A stretch of DNA of 64,000 bases from Candidatus Falkowbacteria bacterium RIFOXYA2_FULL_38_12 (GCA_001778095.1 MFGA01000006.1:6169-70168), one strand, 5' to 3'; shown: positions 19,508-28,249, numbered from the stretch's first letter. The notes: generated from the letters alone by a model not told the origin. Numbers and translations are program-made.

Positions 19508-19741
19508 TTATTTTTTATTATTTTTCCACTTTATTTGAAATTCTATTTCTTCCGCGTCTTTTTCCCTTTCATGTTCAATATTTATAATTGCATCTTTGGG
19601 AACAAATATCCTTTCCCCGGCGATTTGAATGGAAAAGCTTTTATCTTTTTCCAATGCATCGGCCAAACGACGAAGTTTTTCTATAAATTGTTTTTTGGGA
19701 TAGATTTTTTCGAGGTCTCGAGAGGATTTGTTTTTGGGCAT
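19508..19741 (-). CDS. Small hypothetical protein (possibly amphi-Trp-type domain)
   Basis: 77 aa. The ERIFVPKDAIINIEHEREKDAEEIEFQIKW pattern is reminiscent of amphi-Trp domains. Weak. Confidence 0.35.
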   Translation of the reverse strand: MPKNKSSRDLEKIYPKKQFIEKLRRLADALEKDKSFSIQIAGERIFVPKDAIINIEHEREKDAEEIEFQIKWKNNKK

Positions 19742-19746
19742 AAGTT

Positions 19747-20265
19747 TTATTTCAAAACCTTAAAGCTTTGTACAATCTTTTCGAAAATATCTGATTCTAA
19801 ACATTCGTAAAGACTAAACTCGTAAACGGTGCCGTTATTTTGCATGCGATAAACTGGACATTGTCCGCCGTTAGCGAGAGTAGGATTGTTTGGATAGGAA
19901 ACAATTAATTTTACGCCACTGATCCCGTTGATTGTCACGTTTTCTTTGCTTATAATTTTTTCTGACTTAGTATCCGTTACTTCAAGTGAATTACTTTTTT
20001 TAAGTCGAATATCCATTTCCGGGAGTGACTCATTGCCCGGAGCAGATTGTTTTATTACGGATAAAAGATCGTCGTTACCACTTACAAAATATCCATCAGG
20101 AAGTTTTAATGAAAAATTCCAATCCCCGTTAACATAAGTTTCCTGTATGGAATTTAGCTCTGATTCAATGGAGGCATTTCTTGCTTGCCAAAAATAAATG
20201 CCACTTCCTGCGACAATTAATATTACGACAACAGTAGCGATGTTTTTTGTTGTTTTTGATTGCAT
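19747..20265 (-). CDS. Membrane-anchored / secreted hypothetical protein
   Basis: 172 aa with an N-terminal TM helix. Confidence 0.5.
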   Translation of the reverse strand: MQSKTTKNIATVVVILIVAGSGIYFWQARNASIESELNSIQETYVNGDWNFSLKLPDGYFVSGNDDLLSVIKQSAPGNESLPEMDIRLKKSNSLEVTDTKSEKIISKENVTINGISGVKLIVSYPNNPTLANGGQCPVYRMQNNGTVYEFSLYECLESDIFEKIVQSFKVLK

Positions 20266-20301
20266 TTTTATTTAAATTAGTTATAAATAATGTCCTTGGT
20301 G

Positions 20302-20400
20302 CACCACGTACAAGGCTTAGGTTAATCGGCTTGCTCGGCGGAGCAATAATCTTTGAAGTTTATTGTTTACTGAGTCATGGATGAACCTACGCCTTGTCCG
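20302..20400. repeat. tRNA-3'-end-associated element, family D copy 1 (CACCACG(T/G)ACAAGGC TIRs), abutting tRNA-Ala CCA end
   Basis: Imperfect 15-bp TIRs. Internal conserved block cggcggagcaataat...ttgtttactgagt. The outer TIR overlaps the CCACCA of tRNA-Ala(CGC). Confidence 0.65.
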
Positions 20401-20474
20401 TGGTGGACCTGGGGGGAATCGAACCCCCGCCCCCGCAATGCGAATGCGATGTAATACCACTTTACTACAGGCCC
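20401..20474 (-). tRNA. tRNA-Ala(CGC)
   Basis: Acceptor GGGCCTG/CAGGTCC with G3:U70, anticodon loop TTCGCAT, T-arm GGGGG-TTCGATT-CCCCC, encoded CCA. Confidence 0.8.
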
Positions 20475-20534
20475 ATATTGCCCCTGGTCCTCCTTCGCCA
20501 AAGCTATGGAGGGACGGGCAGGATTTTTCTTATT

Positions 20535-20606
20535 TGCCCCTGGCAGGAATCGAACCCACATCTACCCCTTAGGACGGGGCTGTTCTATCCATTGAACTAC
20601 AAGGGC
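20535..20606 (-). tRNA. tRNA-Arg(CCT)
   Basis: Acceptor GCCCTTG/CAGGGGC, D-arm GTTC/GAAC, anticodon stem GCCCC/GGGGT with loop GTCCTAA. T-stem has two G-U pairs. Confidence 0.6.
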
Positions 20607-20620
20607 AGGGTTATAAATAA

Positions 20621-20759
20621 AAATCTAAATCCTAAATCTTAAACTCTAAACAAACTCTAATTTTCCAATATTCAAAATTTTAGACAATCGTATTGTTTTG
20701 GACATTTGGATTTTGAATTTTGGATTTGTTTAGGATTTGGTGCTTAGGATTTAGGATTT
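20621..20759. repeat. Repeat family E copy 2
   Basis: Same arms as 13011-13249 and the 16S insert. About 140 nt, forms a long hairpin. Confidence 0.75.
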
Positions 20760-20807
20760 ACAAAGTTTCTGCTATAATAGTAATAAATAATAACTAAAGC
20801 GTCAAAG

Positions 20808-21860
20808 ATGAATCTTTTTTTAGGTATAGCCTTTGTCTTAATTTTAGCCTGTCTCGGGGCGATTTTTTATTTGGTCAGCCAAAAGTTTAAGGAGTTTAAA
20901 GAAGAACAAAAAGATAATCAGGCTATGCTACTACTCCAAAACCAGATGAATGAACTGACGAAGAACATTGAAACAAGGCTTAATTCCACCCAACAAACTT
21001 TTTCCGAACAATTCGGGGCGCACAATAAGGTAATGCAGGGAGTGACGGAAAAATTGACCGAGGTCAGGGAAGCCAATAAACAAGTAATAAAGTTCGCCGA
21101 GCAATTACAGGATCTTGAGGATATTTTAAAGAACCCGAAACAACGGGGGATTTTGGGAGAGTATTATTTGGAAAATGTATTAAAAAATGTTTTACCGCCC
21201 GGATCGTACGAGATGCAATATAAATTTAATGATGGAACAATTGTGGACGCGGTGATTTTTGTTAAAGATAAGGTTATTCCTATTGATTCAAAATTTTCTT
21301 TGGAAAACTATAATAAAGTGGTTAATGAGCGCGACCTCTTGGAGCGAGAGCGGTTGGAGAAGTTATTTAAGCAAGATCTTAAAAATCGCATTGACGAAAC
21401 TTCAAAATATATTAAACCAACTGAAAGAACTATGGATTTTGCCTTGATGTTTATTCCGTCCGAGGGGATCTTTTACGATCTTTTAATAAATAAGGTTGGA
21501 GTGGCTAAAGTTAACGCGCGGGACTTGATAGAATACGCTTTTAATGATAAACATGTTATTATTACCTCGCCGACGTCGTTTTTGGCCTATTTGCAAACTA
21601 TTTTGCAAGGTCTGCGGGCGCTTCAAATAGAGGAAAAAGCTAAAGAAATAGGGGAAAAGATGATTGAATTGAATAAGCATTTATTGGCCTACGAGGGGTA
21701 CTTAAAAAAGTTGGGCGGGAGTATTGGAACAGTCGTTAATACCTACAATTTTGCCTATAAAGAATTTAAGAAAGTTGACAAGGATGTTATGAAGATTACG
21801 GGCGGAAAAAGCACGGTTGAACCCGAGGTACTTGAAAAACCTATGGACTTGGGTATATAA
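20808..21860 (+). CDS. rmuC: DNA recombination protein RmuC
   Basis: 350 aa. N-terminal TM and coiled coil. C-terminal RmuC nuclease-like domain (GILGEYYLENVL...MFIPSEGIFYDLL). Confidence 0.85.
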   Translation: MNLFLGIAFVLILACLGAIFYLVSQKFKEFKEEQKDNQAMLLLQNQMNELTKNIETRLNSTQQTFSEQFGAHNKVMQGVTEKLTEVREANKQVIKFAEQLQDLEDILKNPKQRGILGEYYLENVLKNVLPPGSYEMQYKFNDGTIVDAVIFVKDKVIPIDSKFSLENYNKVVNERDLLERERLEKLFKQDLKNRIDETSKYIKPTERTMDFALMFIPSEGIFYDLLINKVGVAKVNARDLIEYAFNDKHVIITSPTSFLAYLQTILQGLRALQIEEKAKEIGEKMIELNKHLLAYEGYLKKLGGSIGTVVNTYNFAYKEFKKVDKDVMKITGGKSTVEPEVLEKPMDLGI

Positions 21861-21876
21861 TGAGTTTATTGACGAT

Positions 21877-21974
21877 GTCATTCTGAGCGGAGCGAAGAAT
21901 CTCCCGCGCGTGCGGGCTAGAAAAGAATATATTGCGGGCATTCGCCCGAGATCCTTCACTGCGTTCAGGATGAC
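21877..21974. repeat. Hairpin repeat family A copy 4 (short variant GAGCGGAGCGAAGAATCTCCCGCG)
   Basis: Matches copy 6 (39410-39507) closely. Confidence 0.8.
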
Positions 21975-22039
21975 GTTTCTACTAGATTGAATCTAAGTTT
22001 AGTTATAAAATTATTTAAAATAAGGAAGGATAAATTTTT

Positions 22040-22306
22040 ATGCCAATCAAGAAAGCAGGTTTTAAGGCAGTAAGACAAAGCAAAAAAAGTACTGCCAGAA
22101 ACTCCCGCGTCAAAGAACAATTAAAGAAATCAATCAAAATTAGTCGGAGAATGGTTGATGACAAAAAGGCGGACGAAGCAAAAGCAGAGATTTTAAAAAC
22201 AGTCAGGATGATTGACAAGGCGTCCTCTAGGGGAATCTTAAAGAAAAATACCGCCGCCAGAAAGAAGTCTCGGTTGATGAAAAAGTTGAAGGGGTTGGAA
22301 AAATAA
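22040..22306 (+). CDS. rpsT: 30S ribosomal protein S20
   Basis: 88 aa, MPIKKAGFKAVRQSKKSTARNSRVKEQLK.... Confidence 0.9.
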   Translation: MPIKKAGFKAVRQSKKSTARNSRVKEQLKKSIKISRRMVDDKKADEAKAEILKTVRMIDKASSRGILKKNTAARKKSRLMKKLKGLEK

Positions 22307-22318
22307 AATTCAAACAAA

Positions 22319-22350
22319 AAATCGGGTTGATGCGTCAGCCCGATTTTTGT
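22319..22350 (+). terminator. Intrinsic terminator of rpsT
   Basis: aaatcgggttgatgcgtcagcccgatttttg. Confidence 0.6.
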
Positions 22351-22361
22351 ATTGACATTTT

Positions 22362-22395
22362 TTAGAAAAGTGGTATATTTTTATGTTCCGAAAGA
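22362..22395 (+). promoter_or_regulatory. Sigma70-like promoter (TTGACA-16-TGgTATATT)
   Basis: Perfect -35, extended -10. Drives a short plus-strand transcript that ends at a hairpin plus T-run near 22525. Confidence 0.5.
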
Positions 22396-22522
22396 TCGGC
22401 GGAACAAAGGAGAATACATGGAAGAGTATTTTTTTGACTGGACGCCGGAAAAGAAGTAGCGTTCAGCCGAGGTGAGGGGGGAGCTAGTCATCTTTTGCGG
22501 GGAGGCGTGAGAGGTGACTTTT

Positions 22523-22954
22523 TTATAAATTTTTTTTGATTAATTCGGTGATTTCAAGAAGTTCTTTTTCGGGTGATTCAGCGCGCGAACCCGGCCGGTA
22601 GAGAAATTGTCTTGGTTCGTAATCTATTATGCCGGCATCACCTTTTTTTCTAGGGAGTATGTGTAAGTGGAGATGCTTAATGTTTTGACCGGCAAGATCG
22701 CCTTCGTTCCAGGCGTAGTTGAACCCCTCAGCGTTAAAAGTTTTTATCAAAGATTTTTTTAGTATTCGTGTTAAATCAAACAACGCAAGCAATTCTGCCC
22801 CCGTTAATTCATCTATTGTCGCGACGCGTCTTTTTGGGCAGATAAGCAAATGGCCGGGAACGATTGGTATGTTTGTCGGAAAGGCAAATGCTAGTTTATT
22901 TGTTATAATAATTCTATTTTTAATTTCAGGATATTCAGTGTTAAAAAAATCCAT
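22523..22954 (-). CDS. HIT-family (histidine triad) nucleotide hydrolase
   Basis: 143 aa. HLHLHILPR histidine triad. Confidence 0.85.
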   Translation of the reverse strand: MDFFNTEYPEIKNRIIITNKLAFAFPTNIPIVPGHLLICPKRRVATIDELTGAELLALFDLTRILKKSLIKTFNAEGFNYAWNEGDLAGQNIKHLHLHILPRKKGDAGIIDYEPRQFLYRPGSRAESPEKELLEITELIKKNL

Positions 22955-22963
22955 AAAGTTTCG

Positions 22964-23305
22964 TTAAAACTTCTTTGTCAAAAAGAATATTCCCAAAAGA
23001 ATAAGGAAGACGCCCAATATTTTTAGTACAGTAATTTGTTCCTTGAAAAAATACCATGAGGCGACAAGAGTGAGGGCATACATTATTCCCGCCATTAGAG
23101 GAACGGCGGTACTCATTTCCATTTGATTGATTATTTTTACCCAGACCCAAAAGGCGCTGACATAAAGTAGGGCGCCGGCCCAGACAAATTTGTTGGTTAT
23201 CATTTCCCAGCCGAAAGTTTGTACATCAGCTTTTTTTAAAAAAACTTGAGCAGCCACGTTGGCTAGGGCGATGGCGAGGATTTCGAATAATTGGATGAGG
23301 GACAT
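22964..23305 (-). CDS. Small 4-TM transporter-like protein (EamA/SMR-like)
   Basis: 113 aa with four hydrophobic helices. Confidence 0.45.
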   Translation of the reverse strand: MSLIQLFEILAIALANVAAQVFLKKADVQTFGWEMITNKFVWAGALLYVSAFWVWVKIINQMEMSTAVPLMAGIMYALTLVASWYFFKEQITVLKILGVFLILLGIFFLTKKF

Positions 23306-23477
23306 AAAGGTGAAGTTTATAAGTTAGTAAGTTTATAAGCTGATAAATAAGTGGGAGTGACAGCCTTTAGGCTGTTATTATTCAAGAAATAGGGAGAAGC
23401 GGATTTTGCCAGCGGCCGTTACGTCAATTTTGCTAAGGCGCAGGCTAAAGCCTGCTACTCCGGAATTACGTAGAAAT

Positions 23478-24476
23478 TTATCCAACACAAATCTCGGCCA
23501 AAAAAAGATCCAAAAGCAATCTCGGCGAAAGACTTGTTCGTTTCATCTTCATATCAATAGACAGTAATTTTTTATAGATATTTTTTAATTCCTCAAGTTT
23601 GTAATTTTTTATTTGTGCCAGAGTTTTTTGAACAACAAATGGATGAAGCCCCAAGTCGCTCGCTAAATTTTGTTTCAAGGAATAATCGCCCGGAGAGACA
23701 AATGAATATTTTTTTTCAACGGTTTCTTTGATCTGAAAAAGAATTCTAAACTGGCGCGCGAGCATGGAAAAAATATAAGCCTCTTTTAGCCCCGCTGATA
23801 TCTGCTCATTTAGTAATTTAAAGATTTGTTTTTTATTTCTATTTCCAATAGCGTCGGTCAGGCTGAAAATATCCTCGTCAAATCTTCCTTTTACAAAAAT
23901 TTTAACATCTTCCGCGGTAATAATATTTTGCTTGCTTTCTCTTTTAACAGTGAAGGCGACAAGTTTATCCAGCTCACCGGCAATTTGCCAAAGATCCGGG
24001 CCGACCAAGGTAGCTAGAAGTTCTGTTGCCTGTTTTTCTATTTCGATTTTTCTTTCCGAGACTTCTTTTGAAATCCATTGGCACAATTTTGCTTCGGGGA
24101 GGGGCTCAAATTTCTCCGCTTGCTTTGGCTTATTTAATAATTTAAAAACAGCGGAGCGCATATCGGGTATTCCTTCTTCCCAAAAGATAATGACAGCGCT
24201 TTCCGGAACTTTATTTTTTTTCAAAAATATTATCAGGTCTTCTTGCGCTTTGGCCCCGCCTTTTTTCTTTAAAAAATTTTCAATAACAATTAATTTTTTA
24301 TCGTGCAAAAAAGGGGCGGAAACAATTTCTTTTTCAATATTTTTAAATGGAGTTTTTTCCCCGTCAAAGATAAACAAATTTATCCGGCTTTTGTCGGTTT
24401 GTTTGAATCTTTCTTCAATTTGTTTTAATTTTTGGCGAGAGCGATAAGTGTCTTCGCCGTAGAGGAAGAGAATCAT
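23478..24476 (-). CDS. holA: DNA polymerase III delta subunit
   Basis: 332 aa. HolA-like fold and length. Adjacent to polA. Confidence 0.75.
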   Translation of the reverse strand: MILFLYGEDTYRSRQKLKQIEERFKQTDKSRINLFIFDGEKTPFKNIEKEIVSAPFLHDKKLIVIENFLKKKGGAKAQEDLIIFLKKNKVPESAVIIFWEEGIPDMRSAVFKLLNKPKQAEKFEPLPEAKLCQWISKEVSERKIEIEKQATELLATLVGPDLWQIAGELDKLVAFTVKRESKQNIITAEDVKIFVKGRFDEDIFSLTDAIGNRNKKQIFKLLNEQISAGLKEAYIFSMLARQFRILFQIKETVEKKYSFVSPGDYSLKQNLASDLGLHPFVVQKTLAQIKNYKLEELKNIYKKLLSIDMKMKRTSLSPRLLLDLFLAEICVG

Positions 24477-24481
24477 AGAAA

Positions 24482-24580
24482 GTTAAAAGTGAAAAATGAA
24501 AAGTGCAAAGTTACGGTTAAAATTAAAATAATTTTTTACTTTAAATTTTAACTTTTCATTTTTCACCTTACACTTTTAAC
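24482..24580. repeat. Palindromic AAGTTAAAAGTGAAAAGT-type element (family H); right arm overlaps polA stop region
   Basis: Arms gttaaaagtgaaaaatgaaaagtgcaaagtta / taacttttcatttttcaccttacacttttaac. Same unit at 56621-56710 and inside uvrB, uvrC and trmD. Confidence 0.7.
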
Positions 24581-26301
24581 TGTTTTTTTAGTTCTCCCCA
24601 ACTATTTCCAACTTTGATCTCCGCGATAATCGGGACTTTTAGTTTTATAATTTTCTCCATAGTGTCTTTTACAAGCTTGGCGACTTTTTCCAAATCTTTT
24701 TCCGGCACTTCAAAAACCAATTCGTCGTGTACCTGTAGAATAATTTTAGAACGGGGGCTGACTTTGGGCAAATCTCGGTGAATTTTAATCATGGCCATTT
24801 TTATAATATCAGCCGCGGTTCCTTGGATGGGCATATTGATCGCCATTCTTTCCGCCTCGGCTTTGACCATCGGAATGGGTGAGAAAATTTCGGGCAAATA
24901 GCGTTTGCGACCGAAAATTGTTTCCACATATCCCAAATCGTAGGCCTTCTCTCTTGTTTCTCGCAAAAAATTGCTGACTCCTTCGTAAACTTCAAAATAT
25001 TTTTGGATAAATTCCCGAGCTTCGGTGATGGAAATTTCCGCGCTCTCGGCAAGGCCTTTGGCGCCCATGCCGTAAGTGACTCCGAAATTAATTGTTTTGG
25101 CCGCTCTCCTTATTTCCGGCGTAACATCTTTTAAATCAATTCCCCAAATTTTGGAAGCGGTTTGGCTGTGAATGTCTTCGCCATTTTTAAAAGCTCTGAT
25201 CATTTCCTCGTCATCAGCCAAAGAGGCGATAATTCTTAATTCAATATGAGCGTAATCGGCCGCGAGTATTTTTGTTCCCGCCGGCGCGATAAAAGCTTCC
25301 CGGATTACTTTTCCGAATTCTCCTTTGGTGGGAATATTTTGCAAGTTTGGATTAGAAGAAGAGAGGCGACCGGTAGAGGTTACTATTTGATTAAAGTCTG
25401 CATGGATTCGTCCGGTTTTTTTATCAATCAATTTTGGCAATGCTTCAAGATAAGTGGAGTTCAGTTTGGCAAGCTCGCGATATTGCAACATCTCTCCGGC
25501 AATCGGGTGAGCCTTTTTTAATTTTTGAAGGTCTCCGGCAGAAGTGGAGACGCCGGTTTTTCCCTTGCTTAATCCTTGAGTTTTTATTCCCAATTTTTCA
25601 AAAAGTATTTTTCTTAATTGAATAGGTGAATCAAGATTAAATTCCTCGCCGGCCATCTTATAAATTTTTTTGGCCAGTTCGTCTAAAATTATTGTTACTT
25701 TTTTTGACGCATTATTAAGAATAGCCGAGTTGATTTTTACTCCATTATTTTCAATCTCGGCCAAAACGGGTAAAAGGGGTAATTCAATTTCTTTAAAAAG
25801 TTTTAAGAGATTGACTTCTTCGAGTTCCGGCAAGAGCGCTTCTTTCAATTGCCAAATTATCATTGCGGACTGGCGCGAATACTCAAGAAGATCCTCCGAA
25901 GAGGCGTTTTTTTCGGGCAAAGGAAAATCTTTTTGCAGTTTTGTTGAGGCGAGTGTTTCTAAATTATAATTTCTAGCGCCGGGGTTTAAGAGATAAGAAG
26001 CGATAGCTGTATCAAAAGTGATTGACTGAACATTGATGCCATTTTGCGCAAGTAGTTTGATGCTTTGTTTCAAATCGTGTCCCCATTTTTCTATTTTCCT
26101 ATTTTCAAAAATAGGTTTTAGTTTGGCTAGGGATTTTTTATCAATCGGAAGATAAAAAGTTTCAGCGCCATTAAGGCAAAAGCTGATGCCAACGATTTTT
26201 TCGTCTGAAAAAGAAGAGTTAATATTAAAAACAAAAGCTCTTTCTTTGGCGAGCTTTTTTAAAAAATCGTTATATTCATTTTTGTCTTGGGTCGAAATCA
26301 T
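24568..26301 (-). CDS. polA: DNA polymerase I, polymerase (Klenow-like) portion lacking 5'-3' exonuclease domain
   Basis: 577 aa. Family A motifs RRAAKTINFGVTYGM and QVHDELVFE. Confidence 0.9.
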   Translation of the reverse strand: MISTQDKNEYNDFLKKLAKERAFVFNINSSFSDEKIVGISFCLNGAETFYLPIDKKSLAKLKPIFENRKIEKWGHDLKQSIKLLAQNGINVQSITFDTAIASYLLNPGARNYNLETLASTKLQKDFPLPEKNASSEDLLEYSRQSAMIIWQLKEALLPELEEVNLLKLFKEIELPLLPVLAEIENNGVKINSAILNNASKKVTIILDELAKKIYKMAGEEFNLDSPIQLRKILFEKLGIKTQGLSKGKTGVSTSAGDLQKLKKAHPIAGEMLQYRELAKLNSTYLEALPKLIDKKTGRIHADFNQIVTSTGRLSSSNPNLQNIPTKGEFGKVIREAFIAPAGTKILAADYAHIELRIIASLADDEEMIRAFKNGEDIHSQTASKIWGIDLKDVTPEIRRAAKTINFGVTYGMGAKGLAESAEISITEAREFIQKYFEVYEGVSNFLRETREKAYDLGYVETIFGRKRYLPEIFSPIPMVKAEAERMAINMPIQGTAADIIKMAMIKIHRDLPKVSPRSKIILQVHDELVFEVPEKDLEKVAKLVKDTMEKIIKLKVPIIAEIKVGNSWGELKKQLKV

Positions 26302-26324
26302 ACTAGATTTTCAAGTCATTCTGA

Positions 26325-26442
26325 GCGGAGCGACCGCGTGCCGCCTTAGCTTTAGCGGTGGCGCAAGAATCTCTGGGCTTGTCCCAGAATTGCTCGCATT
26401 CGCGAGAGATCCTTCCCCCGCAAAAGGCGGGGTCAGGATGAC
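26325..26442. repeat. Hairpin repeat family A copy 5 (with internal CCTTAGCTTTAGCGG mini-hairpin in inverse orientation)
   Basis: Same ends as family A. The interior is replaced by a segment with the CGCTAAAGCT module reverse-complemented. Confidence 0.7.
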
Positions 26443-26453
26443 GGCTTGGGTAG

Positions 26454-27368
26454 TTAAAACAAATTCCCCTGCGAGCCGGCCACCAAACTGTTTACTTTTG
26501 GAACAAGAGAATTAAATCCTAGCTCCTCAAAGATTTTAATAATGGGCGCAACGTCTATTTTTATTTTACAATCCTCTAAACTAAATTCAAAAGGCGCGTC
26601 CAAGACAAGAGTGACTAGTCTTTTTCCCAAGAGGACATTATCCTTTTCATTTTTTAAAATCTCCAAAGTCCGTTTTTTTATTTTTTCTATTTTTGGATCA
26701 TTTGACTCAATTGCCGAGTACAATTTTTCAATGGAATAAAATTCTTTGATAAGTTCAATTGCACCGACTTCACCAATGCCACGCGCGCCGGGAATATTGT
26801 CCGAAGGATCTCCCCGCAGTGCCTTGTAGTCAATTAATTGTTTTGGGGCAAAACCGTATCTTTCTTTTACTTTTTCTTCATCATAAAGAACAGTGTCGGT
26901 AATGCCTCTTTGTAAGGCGCAAACTTTTGTGTTGCCATCAACCAATTGCAGGACATCCATATCTCCGGTAATAACAACAGTTTCTATTTCCGGAATATTT
27001 ACTTTTTTATCAGCGCAAATTGTCGCGATTACGTCATCAGCCTCATATCGGCTTAATTCGTAGATGGGAATGTTAAATGATTTTACAATATCTTTGATGA
27101 TGGGTATTTGGGAGTAAAGTTCGTCCGGTTGTTTTGGCCTTTGAGCTTTATATTCTTTATATTCTTCGTGGCGAAAAGTTTTTTCTTTTCGGTCAAAAGT
27201 AACCGCGCCATAGACTGGCTTTAAATCTTTTATGGCTTTCATTAAAATCAGGGTAAAACCATACGCTGCGTTGACCGGCTGACCGTCTTTTTTGGAAGTA
27301 AGAGGGGGGAGGGCGTGCCAAGCGCGATGCAAAATAGCATTGCCATCAATGACGATGAATTTTTTCAT
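26454..27368 (-). CDS. 5'-3' exonuclease / flap endonuclease (Pol I N-terminal domain homolog, stand-alone)
   Basis: Start at MKKFIVIDGNAILHRAW (27368). The track ORF extends to 27440 into tRNA-Cys, which is spurious. PIN-like and H3TH 5'-nuclease motifs. Confidence 0.85.
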   Translation of the reverse strand: MKKFIVIDGNAILHRAWHALPPLTSKKDGQPVNAAYGFTLILMKAIKDLKPVYGAVTFDRKEKTFRHEEYKEYKAQRPKQPDELYSQIPIIKDIVKSFNIPIYELSRYEADDVIATICADKKVNIPEIETVVITGDMDVLQLVDGNTKVCALQRGITDTVLYDEEKVKERYGFAPKQLIDYKALRGDPSDNIPGARGIGEVGAIELIKEFYSIEKLYSAIESNDPKIEKIKKRTLEILKNEKDNVLLGKRLVTLVLDAPFEFSLEDCKIKIDVAPIIKIFEELGFNSLVPKVNSLVAGSQGNLF

Positions 27369-27373
27369 AAAAA

Positions 27374-27446
27374 AGGCCACGGCGGGAATTGCACCCGCGA
27401 ATAGCGGTTTTGCAGACCGCAGTGTTAGCTGCTTCACCACGTGGCC
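27374..27446 (-). tRNA. tRNA-Cys(GCA)
   Basis: Acceptor GGCCACG/CGTGGCC, anticodon stem GCGGT/ACCGC with loop CTGCAAA, T-arm GCGGG-TGCAATT-CCCGC, discriminator U73 (Cys identity), no CCA. Five to six nt from each neighbouring CDS. Confidence 0.85.
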
Positions 27447-27451
27447 ATTAA

Positions 27452-28249
27452 TTATTTTATAAAATTTTGGTAAATTCTATATTTCTTGATTAAATATAGC
27501 TTATTTTTTATATTCTTGTAAAGATAGCTTAGGATTTTTAATCCGTCTTGTTGAGAGTATCTCAGTTGATAACTTCTCCGACTGTTTAATGTCCTGTGTA
27601 AATTAATTTTGATGTTTTCGCTAATTAAGGCAGAAAGTTTGTCCAAAAAATTTTTGCATCCGGAAGTAAAAATAACTCTCAATGTTCCTCTGGATTTTTC
27701 GATGTGGACACATCCATCTCCGTCAAAGTATCCTCTCAAAAAACTTCCAAAATATTTTTTAGGAATAGCCGGCATTTCCAGATCAAGTGATTTGTTTGGA
27801 TGTAGCTTAAATTTACTTAAATCGTTAAAAATTTTATGGCTTCCAATTCTTAGTATAAAACGAGTCTTTCTATTATTGTTGAGGGCGGGGAGACGAACTA
27901 TTTTATGCTCTGAACCTAACGCGTTTTTAATTTTACTAATAATTTTATAATCGGTGTTATGAATTCTTAAATATAGACCTCGTAGGTAAGAAGCATCCTC
28001 TAGACTGCCATCAGCAAAAATAAATCCTAAAATATAAGCCATCTCGTACGACCATTTTTCAAAAAATTTTTCATTAACTTTGTATTTTACCCCCATATTT
28101 GCAGTATATATCCTTACGACTAGCTCGTCAAAACTATGTACCAAAAAAGGTTGCTTTTCGCAACCTTTTTTAAATCTCTTTTTTAGAATATTTCCATTTT
28201 TAGTGTTCTGACTCCAAATTGTTTGGCCTCGCCTCTTGTTTCCATCCAA
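27452..28249 (-). CDS. Free-standing double-motif LAGLIDADG homing endonuclease
   Basis: Motifs ILGFIFADGS and LRGYFDGDGCV about 100 aa apart. Alternative start at Met52 (28096) would remove the overlap with the upstream 3D-domain gene. Confidence 0.75.
   Translation of the reverse strand: MDGNKRRGQTIWSQNTKNGNILKKRFKKGCEKQPFLVHSFDELVVRIYTANMGVKYKVNEKFFEKWSYEMAYILGFIFADGSLEDASYLRGLYLRIHNTDYKIISKIKNALGSEHKIVRLPALNNNRKTRFILRIGSHKIFNDLSKFKLHPNKSLDLEMPAIPKKYFGSFLRGYFDGDGCVHIEKSRGTLRVIFTSGCKNFLDKLSALISENIKINLHRTLNSRRSYQLRYSQQDGLKILSYLYKNIKNKLYLIKKYRIYQNFIK

Noticed and set aside
20363-20642. ORFs 20363..20572, 20367..20561 and 20394..20642 overlapping the tRNA-Ala/tRNA-Arg pair, and 1752..1952 over tRNA-Ala(GGC)
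   Set aside because: Sequence is explained by two clean tRNA cloverleaves. The ORFs are G/C-codon artefacts of tRNA sequence.
22402-22525. Small transcript at 22402-22525 as SRP RNA, on the basis of a partial CCGGAA..GAAG.AGC resemblance
   Set aside because: The tetraloop closing pairs do not form and the 3' strand does not match. Resemblance judged coincidental.
23470-23500. DnaA-box-like TTATCCAACA near the holA 3' end and scattered TGTGGAT-like words; considered as a replication origin
   Set aside because: No cluster of multiple boxes, no adjacent AT-rich DUE plus dnaA/dnaN. Isolated matches expected by chance.
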